From an archaeon (lineage in GTDB: Archaea > Thermoproteota > Nitrososphaeria > Nitrososphaerales > Gagatemarchaeaceae), in NCBI GenBank assembly GCA_021796515.1, contig JAKACC010000003.1:458-64457 (forward strand): a stretch of 64,000 nt of DNA, read 5' to 3'. Positions 1-8,798 of the stretch are shown piece after piece. The translations under genes were made by a program, and so were the position numbers. A model generated the notes under the pieces. The model made no database searches, was not told where the DNA came from, and was given only the letters and a program-made list of their open reading frames with translations. The first letter of the stretch is position 1. The number at the start of each line of letters is the position of its first letter.

Positions 1-430
1 CCCAGTCTGAGCCGTCCCTGAACCCGAAGAGTGGGAGGGGGGGCTCCTCGAAGAGGGTCTTGTACGCACCTACCTTCACGAGGCTAGACACGTTCTCGAC
101 CTCCACAGACATGAACTTGTCCTGGAACTCGTCCTTCTCTTCGAGCGGCTTCGCCATCTTCTGGACCCTGATTATCGGGGCGTAGAGGTAAGAGGCGTTC
201 GCTGCCGAGTTGACGAACACGACCTCTTCGCCGTCACCTGCGGTCCTGTAGGCCAAGAACTCGTCGACCGTGCCGTTGTCAAAGTAGTAGAAGATCGGGG
301 TCCCCATGAACAGGTCTGCTTGGGCCGCGATCCTCGTTGTCTTCCCCCGTTTGAATGCGAAGAGAGGGAAGGGCGCCCTCTCGAGGGCACAAGACAGCCT
401 TCCGAGGTCTAGAATCGAATCGAGGCCCAC
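1..430 (-). CDS. hypothetical protein (3-prime part lies outside the window)
   Basis: Hand translation of the minus strand gives an open frame from GTG at 430-428 (VGLDSILDLEGLLVALERAPFPLFAFKRGKTTRIAAQ...LFGFRDGSDW) running off position 1. An in-frame TAA lies upstream. Absent from the ORF track because it has no stop inside the window. No family recognised. Confidence 0.4.
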   Translation of the reverse strand, partial: MGLDSILDLGRLSCALERAPFPLFAFKRGKTTRIAAQADLFMGTPIFYYFDNGTVDEFLAYRTAGDGEEVVFVNSAANASYLYAPIIRVQKMAKPLEEKDEFQDKFMSVEVENVSSLVKVGAYKTLFEEPPLPLFGFRDGSDW

Positions 431-496
431 ATAGCAAGCGCCGCCAATCCTTGCTTCTTCTTTTTTCGGCAAACGGGGCCGCCGCCTCCGTCTTGG

Positions 497-507
497 TTAT
501 AAATAAT
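497..507. promoter_or_regulatory. TATA-like box TTATAAATAAT in a divergent intergenic region
   Basis: Only AT-rich element between the divergent starts at 430 (-) and 541 (+). It begins 44 nt and ends 34 nt upstream of GTG 541. Confidence 0.35.
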
Positions 508-540
508 CGGAGGCCGAACATCACTCTCCTTGGCCTATCC

Positions 541-957
541 GTGGGAGTCGAAGACAGTGGCTTGAGCGAATGGAGGACCGAGACCACGAGGGACCTCGGC
601 GAAGCGAAGGCAGCCTTGGAATCGGCTGCGAAGTCTCTGTCGGGGGAGGCGACCGCCACGCAGGTCAGGTCGGTCTGGGCCGCCTATGCCAGGATAGAGA
701 AGAGCATCGCGTTCATAAGGCTCGAAATCGAGGAGGAGAACCCAGGCCGGTTCATTCCCCTGGGGAGATACGCCGTCCCCGACGAGAGGCAGGCCATCCA
801 GTTCGCTCTGAAGAGACTGTCGAAGGGGACAGACAGCTTCGCGCTTGGGGACTTCCGGCTCGCGCTCAAGGACCTGAGGGACGCGAGGAACTATCTGAGA
901 GCTTTCCTCAGGCGAGAGAGGCTGAAACGGGTGAGGAAGGGTAGGGTAAGAAGCTAG
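541..957 (+). CDS. hypothetical, predicted helical protein
   Basis: The 355..957 ORF is only protein-like from the in-frame GTG at 541 (VGVEDSGLSEWRTETTRDLGEAKAALESAAKSL...). The upstream part is R/G/S-rich and overlaps the promoter. No family recognised. Confidence 0.45.
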   Translation: MGVEDSGLSEWRTETTRDLGEAKAALESAAKSLSGEATATQVRSVWAAYARIEKSIAFIRLEIEEENPGRFIPLGRYAVPDERQAIQFALKRLSKGTDSFALGDFRLALKDLRDARNYLRAFLRRERLKRVRKGRVRS

Positions 958-1421
958 GCTTCCGACTTCTTCTTCTTAGCGGCCCGGGGCTTCTTTGTCG
1001 CGGCTTTCTTCGGCTTCCCCTTCGGCTCTTCGGCCTCTTCCTTGGCGGGTTCCTCCGCCTCCACTTCAGCAGGGGCCTCGGCTTCTTCCTGCTTCTCGCC
1101 GGCTGCCTCCTTCTCTTTTTCCACTTCCTTCTTGGGTTCCTTCTTCTCCTTCTCTTCCTCGGCCTCCTCGCCCACCACTATTTCTTGTATGGTGAGCTCC
1201 TTACCAGACACGAAGACCCTGTACCTCTTCCTGGCCCCCTTCATGTAGAGGAACCGCTTGATGTACGTCTTCACATGACGTGGCTTCACTCCTTCCCTGA
1301 GGCCCCCGTCCTCGATTTCGATTATCCCTCCGGAAAGGGACGGCTTGGCACCGACCCTTGGTTCGAGGAACGCGACGAGGTCGTCGCCGTTGTCCTTGAA
1401 CGTGCCCAGGGTTACCTTCAT
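954..1421 (-). CDS. ribosomal protein L22e-like domain with a long Glu/Lys-rich, H1-like basic tail
   Basis: The N-terminal 85 aa (KVTLGTF..LVAFLEPRVGAKPSLSGGIIEIEDGG..VKTYIKRFLYMKGARKRYRVFVSGKELTIQEI) match the eukaryotic L22e core pattern by eye. The C-terminal 70 aa are an E/K/A/P low-complexity tail ending KKAATKKPRAAKKKK. Own TATA-like box CTATAAT at 1448-1454. The coding call is solid; the family call is tentative. Confidence 0.5.
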   Translation of the reverse strand: MKVTLGTFKDNGDDLVAFLEPRVGAKPSLSGGIIEIEDGGLREGVKPRHVKTYIKRFLYMKGARKRYRVFVSGKELTIQEIVVGEEAEEEKEKKEPKKEVEKEKEAAGEKQEEAEAPAEVEAEEPAKEEAEEPKGKPKKAATKKPRAAKKKKSEA

Positions 1422-1461
1422 TCCAGAATCCCTCTCCTGAAGTCAGGCTATAATCTTTCCC

Positions 1462-2244
1462 TTACTTCCCGTGCCTTCGCCTGCGCTTCTGATAGGTCCG
1501 GACAGCCCTCAGGAGGTCAATGTATCGGAACGCAGGCCAGAAGACGTCGACGAAGACCAGTTCGGAGTACGCCCCCTGCCAGAGCAGGAAGCCGCTCATC
1601 CTCTCCTCCCCTGACGTCCTGATTATCAGGTCCGGTTCCTGGTTCGGCAGATAGGCGGTGTAGAGCCTCTTCGAGACCGTCTCCTCAGTTATCGACCCGG
1701 GACTCAGCTTCCCGTCTTTCACGTCCTGTGCCACCGACCTTACCACGTCTGTTATCTCCGCGCGCCCTCCGTAGGCGACCGCGATGTTCAGGTAGCGGTC
1801 GCTGTAGTCCACTGTCTTCCTCTCTATCTCCTGAAGGAGGTCGACTATCGACTCGGGGAGGAGGTCCAGGTGTCCTATGGCCCTGACGTTGACCCTGTAC
1901 CTGACTATTCGGGGGTCGCTGAGCAGACGCCTCAGCCTCGCTTCAATGAGCTCGAAGAGCTCCCTCAGCTCATCGGGGGTCCGGTCCAGGTTCTCGGTCG
2001 AGAGGACGTAGAGGGTCACCGTCTTGATGCCGAGCTCGTGGCACCAGTCAAGCAGCTCCTCCGCCCGGTTCGCGCCCTCTTCATGACCCAGTCCCTGGGA
2101 GACTCCTTGGAACTGCGCCCAACGCCTGTTCCCGTCAAGGATGATACCGATGTGGCCGGGGATCTCTTCCTCTTTGACCTGGGCTTTGAGCCTCCCCTCA
2201 TAGACCTTGTAGGCTCCCAGATACCTCAGCGCTGACTCTAACAT
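1462..2244 (-). CDS. uppS: cis-prenyltransferase (undecaprenyl/tritrans,polycis-polyprenyl diphosphate synthase)
   Basis: HIGIILDGNRRWA and IRTSGEERMSGFLLWQGAYSE signature motifs; 260 aa. Confidence 0.93.
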   Translation of the reverse strand: MLESALRYLGAYKVYEGRLKAQVKEEEIPGHIGIILDGNRRWAQFQGVSQGLGHEEGANRAEELLDWCHELGIKTVTLYVLSTENLDRTPDELRELFELIEARLRRLLSDPRIVRYRVNVRAIGHLDLLPESIVDLLQEIERKTVDYSDRYLNIAVAYGGRAEITDVVRSVAQDVKDGKLSPGSITEETVSKRLYTAYLPNQEPDLIIRTSGEERMSGFLLWQGAYSELVFVDVFWPAFRYIDLLRAVRTYQKRRRRHGK

Positions 2245-2247
2245 GTG

Positions 2248-3363
2248 CTACTCGGTTTCGACTGTGCCCCGCGTCCGCATCCGCGGATATATCACGCTTG
2301 TCAGGGCGAATATGGCTGCCAGCCCTATGAGGACCGCGGAGACTAGGAGGAAGGTGGACCTGGCCGTCCCGCTCACCAGGAAGACGGAAAAGGTCTGCAG
2401 CGGGAGGTAGAGAATCCCGAGCATCACAAGGACGAATGCGTCCCTGGTCCAGCGGGCGCTCTCACGGGCAACATGAGAAAGGAGGGCACCCGCAGTGTAG
2501 ATGGCAATGCCGGCCCACACCAGGTCCAGGCTCCCTCCGAGGTAGTATCCAGCAAGGACACCGCCGTACACGAGTATCTCACTCGGCTGGACGGTAACGA
2601 GGTTGACTATGCTGGCGGGCATCGTCACGTATCCGGTGAACAGGCCTGCGATGGCGACGATGACGCCAGCTACCAGCGAGAAGAAGCGGAGGAACCCTGT
2701 CGGCCCTCTGTGGAGGAGCCCTGTGACGGTCCTGTCTATCCCGAAGCCCCGGACCAGGAACGCGCCGCCGATGACGAGAAGGCTGGCGATGCCGGCTTCG
2801 AACGCCCTGTTCGCGACTATCAGTATCCCTGCCAGGACGAGGACGAGGCCAGGGACCCCGAGAGCATACTTCGAGTAATGCGGGTCGTAAACAAGCATCC
2901 TTACGTATCTTCCCAAGACCTCGTAGGTCTCTTCGACTGTCTGGCTGTGTTTCACCGCTACCCTCTGGACGGAGACGATGGGCTTGATGCTCTGTATGAC
3001 TGGCATGACGTGCTCGTCCTCCCCCCCGTCGGAGACCAGTACCACCCCGGAGTAGTCGGACCCCTGGAGCAGGGACGAAACCTGCTTCCCTAGCCTCCTG
3101 TCGGCTTCGAACCCCCTGCTGGGGTCTCCGCAGACGACGGCGACTTCGCAAGGGGTCTTCGCGCGCGCTAGCTCGTCATACTTCTTGACGGCTGCGAAGA
3201 TCGCATTCGCGTCGGCTTCTTCCGGGTCGGCCAGCGCGAGCTTGGAAGCCGCGGCGAGCGCCGCGTCCCTGCCTACCACCGGAGACTTCACCTTGGCCTT
3301 GGTCCCGAGGTCGTCGTCCCTGTCGACGCAGAGGACGAGGTACTTCTCTCCCGCCTGAGACAT
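2248..3363 (-). CDS. DUF373-family archaeal membrane protein
   Basis: N-terminal soluble part YLVLCVDRDDDLGTKA...LADPEEADANAIFAAVK followed by about 7 hydrophobic helices, which is the DUF373/COG2237 layout. Confidence 0.8.
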   Translation of the reverse strand: MSQAGEKYLVLCVDRDDDLGTKAKVKSPVVGRDAALAAASKLALADPEEADANAIFAAVKKYDELARAKTPCEVAVVCGDPSRGFEADRRLGKQVSSLLQGSDYSGVVLVSDGGEDEHVMPVIQSIKPIVSVQRVAVKHSQTVEETYEVLGRYVRMLVYDPHYSKYALGVPGLVLVLAGILIVANRAFEAGIASLLVIGGAFLVRGFGIDRTVTGLLHRGPTGFLRFFSLVAGVIVAIAGLFTGYVTMPASIVNLVTVQPSEILVYGGVLAGYYLGGSLDLVWAGIAIYTAGALLSHVARESARWTRDAFVLVMLGILYLPLQTFSVFLVSGTARSTFLLVSAVLIGLAAIFALTSVIYPRMRTRGTVETE

Positions 3364-3588
3364 TTCGCCCAGATTCGGGACCCGCCGTGTTCATACTTAA
3401 GGCTAGATTGGGGGGTTGCTTGGACGTCGCGACCCGGGTTCCTCTGAACGTCGGCGCGCCATGACGCCTTCTCGTCCAGGCGCACGGCCGTCACATTCAC
3501 GACATGCATATTCGCCCTTGAGCGAAGAGACAGTCTTCGAGGACGCGACAGCCAGGCCCTTCGAGAAGAGGGTCTACGTCCTGGTCTC

Positions 3589-4140
3589 TCAGGCGCTACG
3601 GGAGGGATGGGGCAGTTGGGACCTGGCAAGGTCGCCTCCGCGGTACATGGTCTCGCCAGGAATCTCGTAGACCTTTTCTCCACCAATCGCCTCCAGTCTA
3701 GGAGCGAGGCGGACGGTCTCAGGAAGGCCCAGCTTGGTCGTGACGGACGCCGGATGGATTGCTACGAACCAGAGCGGGTACTTTCGAAGCGCTTCGGCGT
3801 CTAGGTTCGTTTCGCACCCTTCGCAGTCAATTTTGAAGACATCTCCGGGAGGCGTTTCCCCCTTCCACGGCCCTCTGAAGTCGAACCACTGCTCCGAGCG
3901 GAGCGCTTTCATCCAAGCTATCCTCTTGGGGTCGGCTTCGAAACCAACGACCTTCGAAGCCCCGTGCATGCGCCAGTAAAGGGGGGAGTTTCCCCAATCG
4001 CACCCGACGTCAATCACCGTCTTCCCCCCAAATCTGCACTTCCGAGGGGGTATGATGCAGCGATCTCTTCCAGTGCTCCAAGGCTTACCATCTGCATCCC
4101 TCGGTCGGCGAGACGGTTGAGGACCTTGATCAAAAGCCAA
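3589..4140 (-). CDS. class I SAM-dependent methyltransferase (FkbM-like)
   Basis: VIDVGCDWGNSPLYW...KVVGFEADP resembles SAM-binding motifs I/II. Short (183 aa); both start and C-terminal end are uncertain. Confidence 0.55.
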   Translation of the reverse strand: MAFDQGPQPSRRPRDADGKPWSTGRDRCIIPPRKCRFGGKTVIDVGCDWGNSPLYWRMHGASKVVGFEADPKRIAWMKALRSEQWFDFRGPWKGETPPGDVFKIDCEGCETNLDAEALRKYPLWFVAIHPASVTTKLGLPETVRLAPRLEAIGGEKVYEIPGETMYRGGDLARSQLPHPSRSA

Positions 4141-4406
4141 GTCTGCGGTTTCAAGCCCTTACCTCCAGTGGTGCGCTGCTCGGCCTATGTAAGCCCCCTG
4201 AGCCACGCCCTCTAAACGCCCCTGTGGCTTCCGAGCCTTCGCGTTATGACGGAGGCGGGTTCGACGCCTTCCGGTCTAGGTCGCCTGCCGCGTCGGGGCG
4301 GCAGCCCCGAATATGCTCCCATAGCCTCACCGACACGCGTCCTTCGAACAGGACTGACTGAGATAGGGGATACGCTTAAGTCGAGCAGAACGGTCGAAAG
4401 GAGCCG

Positions 4407-6089
4407 TTGCAGGCGACGCACGCCCGTCCCTGGATGAACGCAAAGGTCGGGGCACGTTACTCCGCCCCCCGCCCTGAGGTCAGGCCAGTTTATTCTCTGT
4501 TGACGGACTCCGCGAAGCTCCACCCCGAGAACCGATGCCTCCACTATCAGGGGAGGGACTTCACTTACGCGGAGGTGGACGACATCTCCTCCCGGTTCGC
4601 GTCGGCCCTGCAGTCACTCGGCGTCAAGAGGGGCGACAGGGTCGCCATCTTCCTCCCAAACATGCCGCAGCTCGTGTTCGCCTACTTCGGCGCGCTGAAA
4701 GTCGGGGCGGTCGCAGTCATGTGCAACCCGGTGTACAAAGAGAGGGAGCTCGAGTTCCAGCTCAGGGACTCCGGAGCAGAAGTGGTGGTCGCGAGCAGGA
4801 CCGTGGCGAAGGGGATGGACCTGTTCAAGAGCCTGGAAGGGTGCAGGGGGAGGCTCAACATCAGGAGCGTCGTCGCTACGGGGGTCGGGGACTACCTCCC
4901 TCCGCTGAAGAGGAGGCTGGCAGGGCTGGCGGGAGTGAGGGATGTCCAGCGGCCGGATACCGTGGACTTCGTCCAGCTGGTCCGCTCCAACCGGCCAATC
5001 GCCGAATACGCGAAGGTCGACCCCGTCAACGACCTCGCGGTGCTTCAGTACACGGGGGGGACGACAGGGATCTCCAAGGGAGCAATGCTCACCCACTACA
5101 ACCTCGTGTCCAACGCGGTCTACGGAATGAATCTGTTCCCGATTAGCGAGCAAGACGTCTCTCTCTGTGTACTCCCGCTCTACCATATCTACGGACTCAC
5201 CGTCACCATGCTCGCCCCCATGGCTGCCGGGGCCTCCTTGGTCCTCCTCCCCAGCTTCCATGTGGAAGAAGTCATGAAGACGATACAGGGCCAGAAGGTG
5301 ACCATCTTCTCCGGGGCGCCGGCCATGTACATAGCGATCAACAGCAAACCAGAGGCAAGGAAGTACAACCTGAGGTCGGTCCGCGCCTGCCTTTCCGGAG
5401 GCGCCGCCCTCCCTCCCGCAGTCAGGAAGAAGTTCATCGAGTTGACCGGCGCGAGCCTGGTGGAGGGGTACGGGCTCTCTGAGACTAGCCCTGTGACCCA
5501 CTGCAACCCGGTAAGCGGAGGCGAGGTGAAGGACGGTTCTATCGGGCCGCCGTTCATGGAGACTGACGCGAAGATAGTAGACTTGGCGGACAGGAACAAG
5601 GTGCTCGGCACAGGGGAGGTCGGCGAGCTGGCGGTAAGGGGGCCGCAGGTGATGAAGGGATATTGGAACCAGAAGGACGAGACGGAGGCGGTCTTGAAGG
5701 ACGGGTGGTTCCTGACCGGAGATATCGCGAAGATGGACCCAGACGGGTACTTCTACATCGTGGACAGGAAGAAGGACATGGTGAACGTCGGGGGCCTCAA
5801 GGTCTATCCCAGGGAAGTAGAAGACGTCCTCTTCGAGCACCCCGACATAAAGGAGGCAGGGGTCATAGGCGTCCCTGACGCCTTCAGCGGAGAGGCAGTC
5901 AAGGCGTTCGTAGTGCTGAAGGACCCGTCGAAGAAGATGACCCAGGAGGAGGTGGTCGAGTTCTGTCAGGGGAAGCTGGCCAGGTTCAAGGTCCCGAAGG
6001 AGGTGGAGTTCGTCCAGGAACTCCCGAAGACGCTCATAGGAAAGGTGCTCCGGAGGAAGCTCCGAGAGCTCAGACCTTCACAACCATAG
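4407..6089 (+). CDS. AMP-dependent acyl-CoA synthetase (long/medium-chain fatty acid-CoA ligase type)
   Basis: AMP-binding motifs LQYTGGTTGISKGAMLTH, EGYGLSETSP and TGDIAKMDPDGYFYIVDRKKDMV. AGGAG lies 6 nt upstream of TTG 4407; alternative ATG at 4434. Confidence 0.9.
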   Translation: MQATHARPWMNAKVGARYSAPRPEVRPVYSLLTDSAKLHPENRCLHYQGRDFTYAEVDDISSRFASALQSLGVKRGDRVAIFLPNMPQLVFAYFGALKVGAVAVMCNPVYKERELEFQLRDSGAEVVVASRTVAKGMDLFKSLEGCRGRLNIRSVVATGVGDYLPPLKRRLAGLAGVRDVQRPDTVDFVQLVRSNRPIAEYAKVDPVNDLAVLQYTGGTTGISKGAMLTHYNLVSNAVYGMNLFPISEQDVSLCVLPLYHIYGLTVTMLAPMAAGASLVLLPSFHVEEVMKTIQGQKVTIFSGAPAMYIAINSKPEARKYNLRSVRACLSGGAALPPAVRKKFIELTGASLVEGYGLSETSPVTHCNPVSGGEVKDGSIGPPFMETDAKIVDLADRNKVLGTGEVGELAVRGPQVMKGYWNQKDETEAVLKDGWFLTGDIAKMDPDGYFYIVDRKKDMVNVGGLKVYPREVEDVLFEHPDIKEAGVIGVPDAFSGEAVKAFVVLKDPSKKMTQEEVVEFCQGKLARFKVPKEVEFVQELPKTLIGKVLRRKLRELRPSQP

Positions 6090-7248
6090 AGACCGCGTTG
6101 CCGCCGCCGAGGCAGAGGGTCGCCAGCCCTGTCTTCCCTCCCCTCCTCTTCAGGCCGTATATCAAAGTCGTCAGCACCCTCGCCCCGCTCGCTCCTATTG
6201 GATGGCCCAGGGCCACGGCGCCTCCCCAGACGTTGAACCGCGATTCGTCCACCCCGAGCGCCCTCCGGACTGCGATCGAGGCGGTCGAATAGGCCTCGTT
6301 GTGCTCGAAGATGTCTATGTCCTCCACTTCGAGCTTGACCTCCTTGAGCAGCGCCCTGGTGGTAGGGATAGGCGCCTCCATCACCCTGGCGGGCTCCAGC
6401 CCCCCAGTGGCATACCCTGTGATCCTGGCCAGAGGCTTCACTCCCAGCCTGTCCGCAGCTTCTTCCGACGCGACGACGAGGGCTGAGGCGCCGTCGCTGA
6501 GCTGAGACGAGTTCCCCGCGGTGAGAATCCCGCCCGGCTTGAACACAGGCTTCAGGCCGGCGAGCTTCTCGATCGTCGTGTCCCCGCGGATGCATTCGTC
6601 CTTGGAGAACTCCGCTACCTCCCCGTCCTCTCTCTTTATCTTCACCTTCGCTATCTCAGCTTCAAAGTCTCCTGCCCGCGACGCCTTCGCTGCTTTCATA
6701 TGGCTCGACAGCGCGAACTCGTCCGCCTCCCTCCTGCCGATCTTGAACCGCTTGGCTACGAGCTCCCCGGTGACCCCCATGTGGTAGTTGTGGTAAGCGT
6801 CCCAGAGCCCGTCCGCTATCATACCGTCGAGGAGCCTCGCGTCGCCGAACTTCGTCCCCCAGCGGACCCCCTTTGCTAGGTAGGGCGCGTTGCTCATGTT
6901 CTCCATCCCTCCTGCCACCACCACTTCGCAGTCCCCTGCCTTCACGGACTGCGCGGCGAGCATCACAGCCTTCAGCCCCGAGCCGCACACCTTGTTCACA
7001 GTGAACGACCCGACTTCGAAAGGGACCTTGGCGTGGATCGCAGCCTGTCTGGCCGGATTCTGGCCCAGCCCCGCCGAGACCACGTTCCCCATCACGACCT
7101 CATCCACTTCTTCGGGGGCGACCTTCGCCCTCTTCATGGCCTCCTCGATCGCGAGCGCGCCGAGTTCGGTGGCAGGAACGCCGACGAGGCTCCTACCGAA
7201 CTTTCCGATGGGGGTCCTGCAGGCGGATATTATCACAGGGTCGGGCAT
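6070..7248 (-). CDS. acetyl-CoA C-acetyltransferase (thiolase II)
   Basis: VIISACRTPIGKFGRSL, active-site VNKVCGSGLKA and C-terminal GLATLCLGGGNAVSMVV; 392 aa. Confidence 0.93.
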   Translation of the reverse strand: MPDPVIISACRTPIGKFGRSLVGVPATELGALAIEEAMKRAKVAPEEVDEVVMGNVVSAGLGQNPARQAAIHAKVPFEVGSFTVNKVCGSGLKAVMLAAQSVKAGDCEVVVAGGMENMSNAPYLAKGVRWGTKFGDARLLDGMIADGLWDAYHNYHMGVTGELVAKRFKIGRREADEFALSSHMKAAKASRAGDFEAEIAKVKIKREDGEVAEFSKDECIRGDTTIEKLAGLKPVFKPGGILTAGNSSQLSDGASALVVASEEAADRLGVKPLARITGYATGGLEPARVMEAPIPTTRALLKEVKLEVEDIDIFEHNEAYSTASIAVRRALGVDESRFNVWGGAVALGHPIGASGARVLTTLIYGLKRRGGKTGLATLCLGGGNAVSMVVKV

Positions 7249-7271
7249 ATCCCTCCGCTCCGTCTAGGTCG

Positions 7272-7317
7272 GGTAATAAACGACGCCCGTCCGGGAGAGC
7301 GCTTTCCCTATATACAA
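7272..7317. promoter_or_regulatory. pair of TATA-like boxes for divergent leaderless genes
   Basis: GGTAATAAAC (7272-7281) is 24-33 nt from the thiolase start at 7248 on the minus strand. CTATATACAA (7308-7317) is 24-33 nt from the ilvE ATG at 7341. Confidence 0.45.
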
Positions 7318-7340
7318 TCGCGGAAGGGCCCAAGTCCAGG

Positions 7341-8255
7341 ATGAAACCCCAGAGCAAGATTTGGATGGACGGTAAGCTTGTCCCCTGGGACGACGCCAAG
7401 ATACACGTCCTGACCCATGGGCTGCACTATGGGATGGCCATCTTCGAAGGCGTCAGAGCCTTCGAAACCCCCAACGGAACGGCGATCTTCAGGCTGGGGG
7501 GGCACGTCGAGCGCTTCTTGAACAGCGCCAAGATATACAGGATGGACCTGGGGTACTCGGCAAAGGAGATCACAGACGCGTGCATCGAGCTCGTCAGGAG
7601 CAACCCGGCGAAGGAGTGTTACATCCGCCCTATCGCTTTCACCTCTTACGGTGAGATGGGGCTCAACCCCCTCACCAGCAAGATCTCCGTAGCCATCGCC
7701 TCCTTTGAGTGGGGGGCTTACCTGGGGGACACTTCGAAGAAGGGGGTCCGGGCGACAGTCTCGAGCTGGGTGAGAATCGACTCGAGGGCCATGCCTGTCC
7801 AGGCGAAGTGCGCCGCCAACTATGCCAACTCCGCCCTAGCGAAGATGCAGGCCCTTTCCGCCGGGTACGACGAAGCGATCCTCCTGAACTCCAATGGGAT
7901 GGTGGCCGAGGGGCCCGGAGAGAACATATTCAGGGTGAAAGACGGGATCCTGAGCACCCCCCCGGCGAGTTCGGGGATACTCAGGGGGATTACGAGAGAC
8001 ACGGTGATTCAGTTCGCCAAGGACGAAAAGATCACGTTCTACAGGAACGACGCCACGAAGGAGGAGCTTTACACCTCGGACGAGGTGTTCTTCACCGGGA
8101 CAGCAGCCGGGATAGCCAAGGTGAGCGAGGTAGACGGCAGGAAGATCGGGGACAACGGGACCCCGGTGACCGACAGGCTTGCCAAGCTCTACGACCGAGC
8201 CGTCCACGGAAGGATAAAGCGCTACTCGAAGTGGCTTACGCCAGTGCGGCCCTGA
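7341..8255 (+). CDS. ilvE: branched-chain amino acid aminotransferase (class IV)
   Basis: 304 aa. Typical IlvE N-terminus (IWMDGKLVPWDDAKIHVLTHGLHYGMAIFEGVRAF) and LNSNGMVAEGPGENIF. Confidence 0.93.
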   Translation: MKPQSKIWMDGKLVPWDDAKIHVLTHGLHYGMAIFEGVRAFETPNGTAIFRLGGHVERFLNSAKIYRMDLGYSAKEITDACIELVRSNPAKECYIRPIAFTSYGEMGLNPLTSKISVAIASFEWGAYLGDTSKKGVRATVSSWVRIDSRAMPVQAKCAANYANSALAKMQALSAGYDEAILLNSNGMVAEGPGENIFRVKDGILSTPPASSGILRGITRDTVIQFAKDEKITFYRNDATKEELYTSDEVFFTGTAAGIAKVSEVDGRKIGDNGTPVTDRLAKLYDRAVHGRIKRYSKWLTPVRP

Positions 8256-8263
8256 GGCTCACG

Positions 8264-8797
8264 TCACTTCTTGGCTTTCGGCTCTGCAGGCACGAAATGG
8301 ACGTCTGAGACCAGATACTTCGGCGCCTTCCTGAACACCGCTTTGACTTTCATGCCGATGTAGATGTCCCTCTCCTCCGCCCCCTTCAGTCTCGAAAGGA
8401 AGAGGGTGTCCACCCCGTCAAACTCGACGAGTGCCAGGTTGAAGGGGGTCTCTTTCAAGAACTCCTCGCTCCCGAAGTAGCAGGTCGTCCATGAGTGCAC
8501 CCTCCCCTCGAGCGGGAGTTCGGACCACTCCGTCTCCGACCCGCACTCCATGCAGTGGCTGCGGGGTGTGGCGTACCTGTAGTGGCACTTCTTGCACTCG
8601 CTCCCCATGAGCTTCCCCTCGGCAAGCCCAAGGAAGAATGGGGTGTCCTCGGCATAGCTATGGATGTAGTTGATGTTGTATGGCGAAAGGACGACGAGGT
8701 CGTGGGTCCCCGCCGGGTTCTCATAGATGGCGGCGCCTTTCTTGTTGACCTCCTTCATCACGTCCCTAAACTTCCTGAACTTCCTTATCCCAGGCAT
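8264..8797 (-). CDS. Zn-ribbon/OB-fold DUF35 protein (thiolase partner)
   Basis: CKKCHYRYATPRSHCMECGS zinc ribbon followed by an OB-fold-like segment. Starts 1 nt after the stop of the thiolase-like gene. Confidence 0.85.
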   Translation of the reverse strand: MPGIRKFRKFRDVMKEVNKKGAAIYENPAGTHDLVVLSPYNINYIHSYAEDTPFFLGLAEGKLMGSECKKCHYRYATPRSHCMECGSETEWSELPLEGRVHSWTTCYFGSEEFLKETPFNLALVEFDGVDTLFLSRLKGAEERDIYIGMKVKAVFRKAPKYLVSDVHFVPAEPKAKK

Positions 8798-8798
8798 C

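Noticed and set aside
954-957. Convergent genes sharing a CTAG so that both stop codons overlap (also at 45723-45726, and 13835-13838 with TTAG)
   Set aside because: A simple consequence of tight packing and TAG/TAA stops on both strands. No functional implication can be argued from sequence alone.
960-1190. GA-rich repetitive-looking DNA
   Set aside because: It is the codon-level reflection of the Glu/Lys-rich tail of the L22e-like protein. There is no regular repeat unit or spacer structure, so it is not a CRISPR or tandem repeat array.
3416-3670. 84-aa plus-strand ORF in and beyond the 3364-3588 intergenic region; the region was also scanned for SRP/RNase P-like or C/D-box RNA motifs
   Set aside because: The ORF is R/S/P-rich and overlaps the methyltransferase 3-prime end. 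I found no RTGATGA/CTGA box pairs or conserved SRP/RNase P motifs.
4253-4269. T-arm-like hairpin AGGCG-GGTTCGA-CGCCT in the 4141-4406 intergenic region, considered as a tRNA or tRNA fragment
   Set aside because: The TTCGA is out of register for a T loop. No acceptor, D or anticodon arms could be built around it. It is probably just a GC-rich hairpin; another one lies at 4284-4303.
4614-5840. 408-aa ORF antisense to the acyl-CoA ligase gene
   Set aside because: R/P/G/H-rich composition and no recognisable motifs. It is fully shadowed by a gene with clear AMP-binding motifs, which is the typical long antisense ORF of a high-GC genome.
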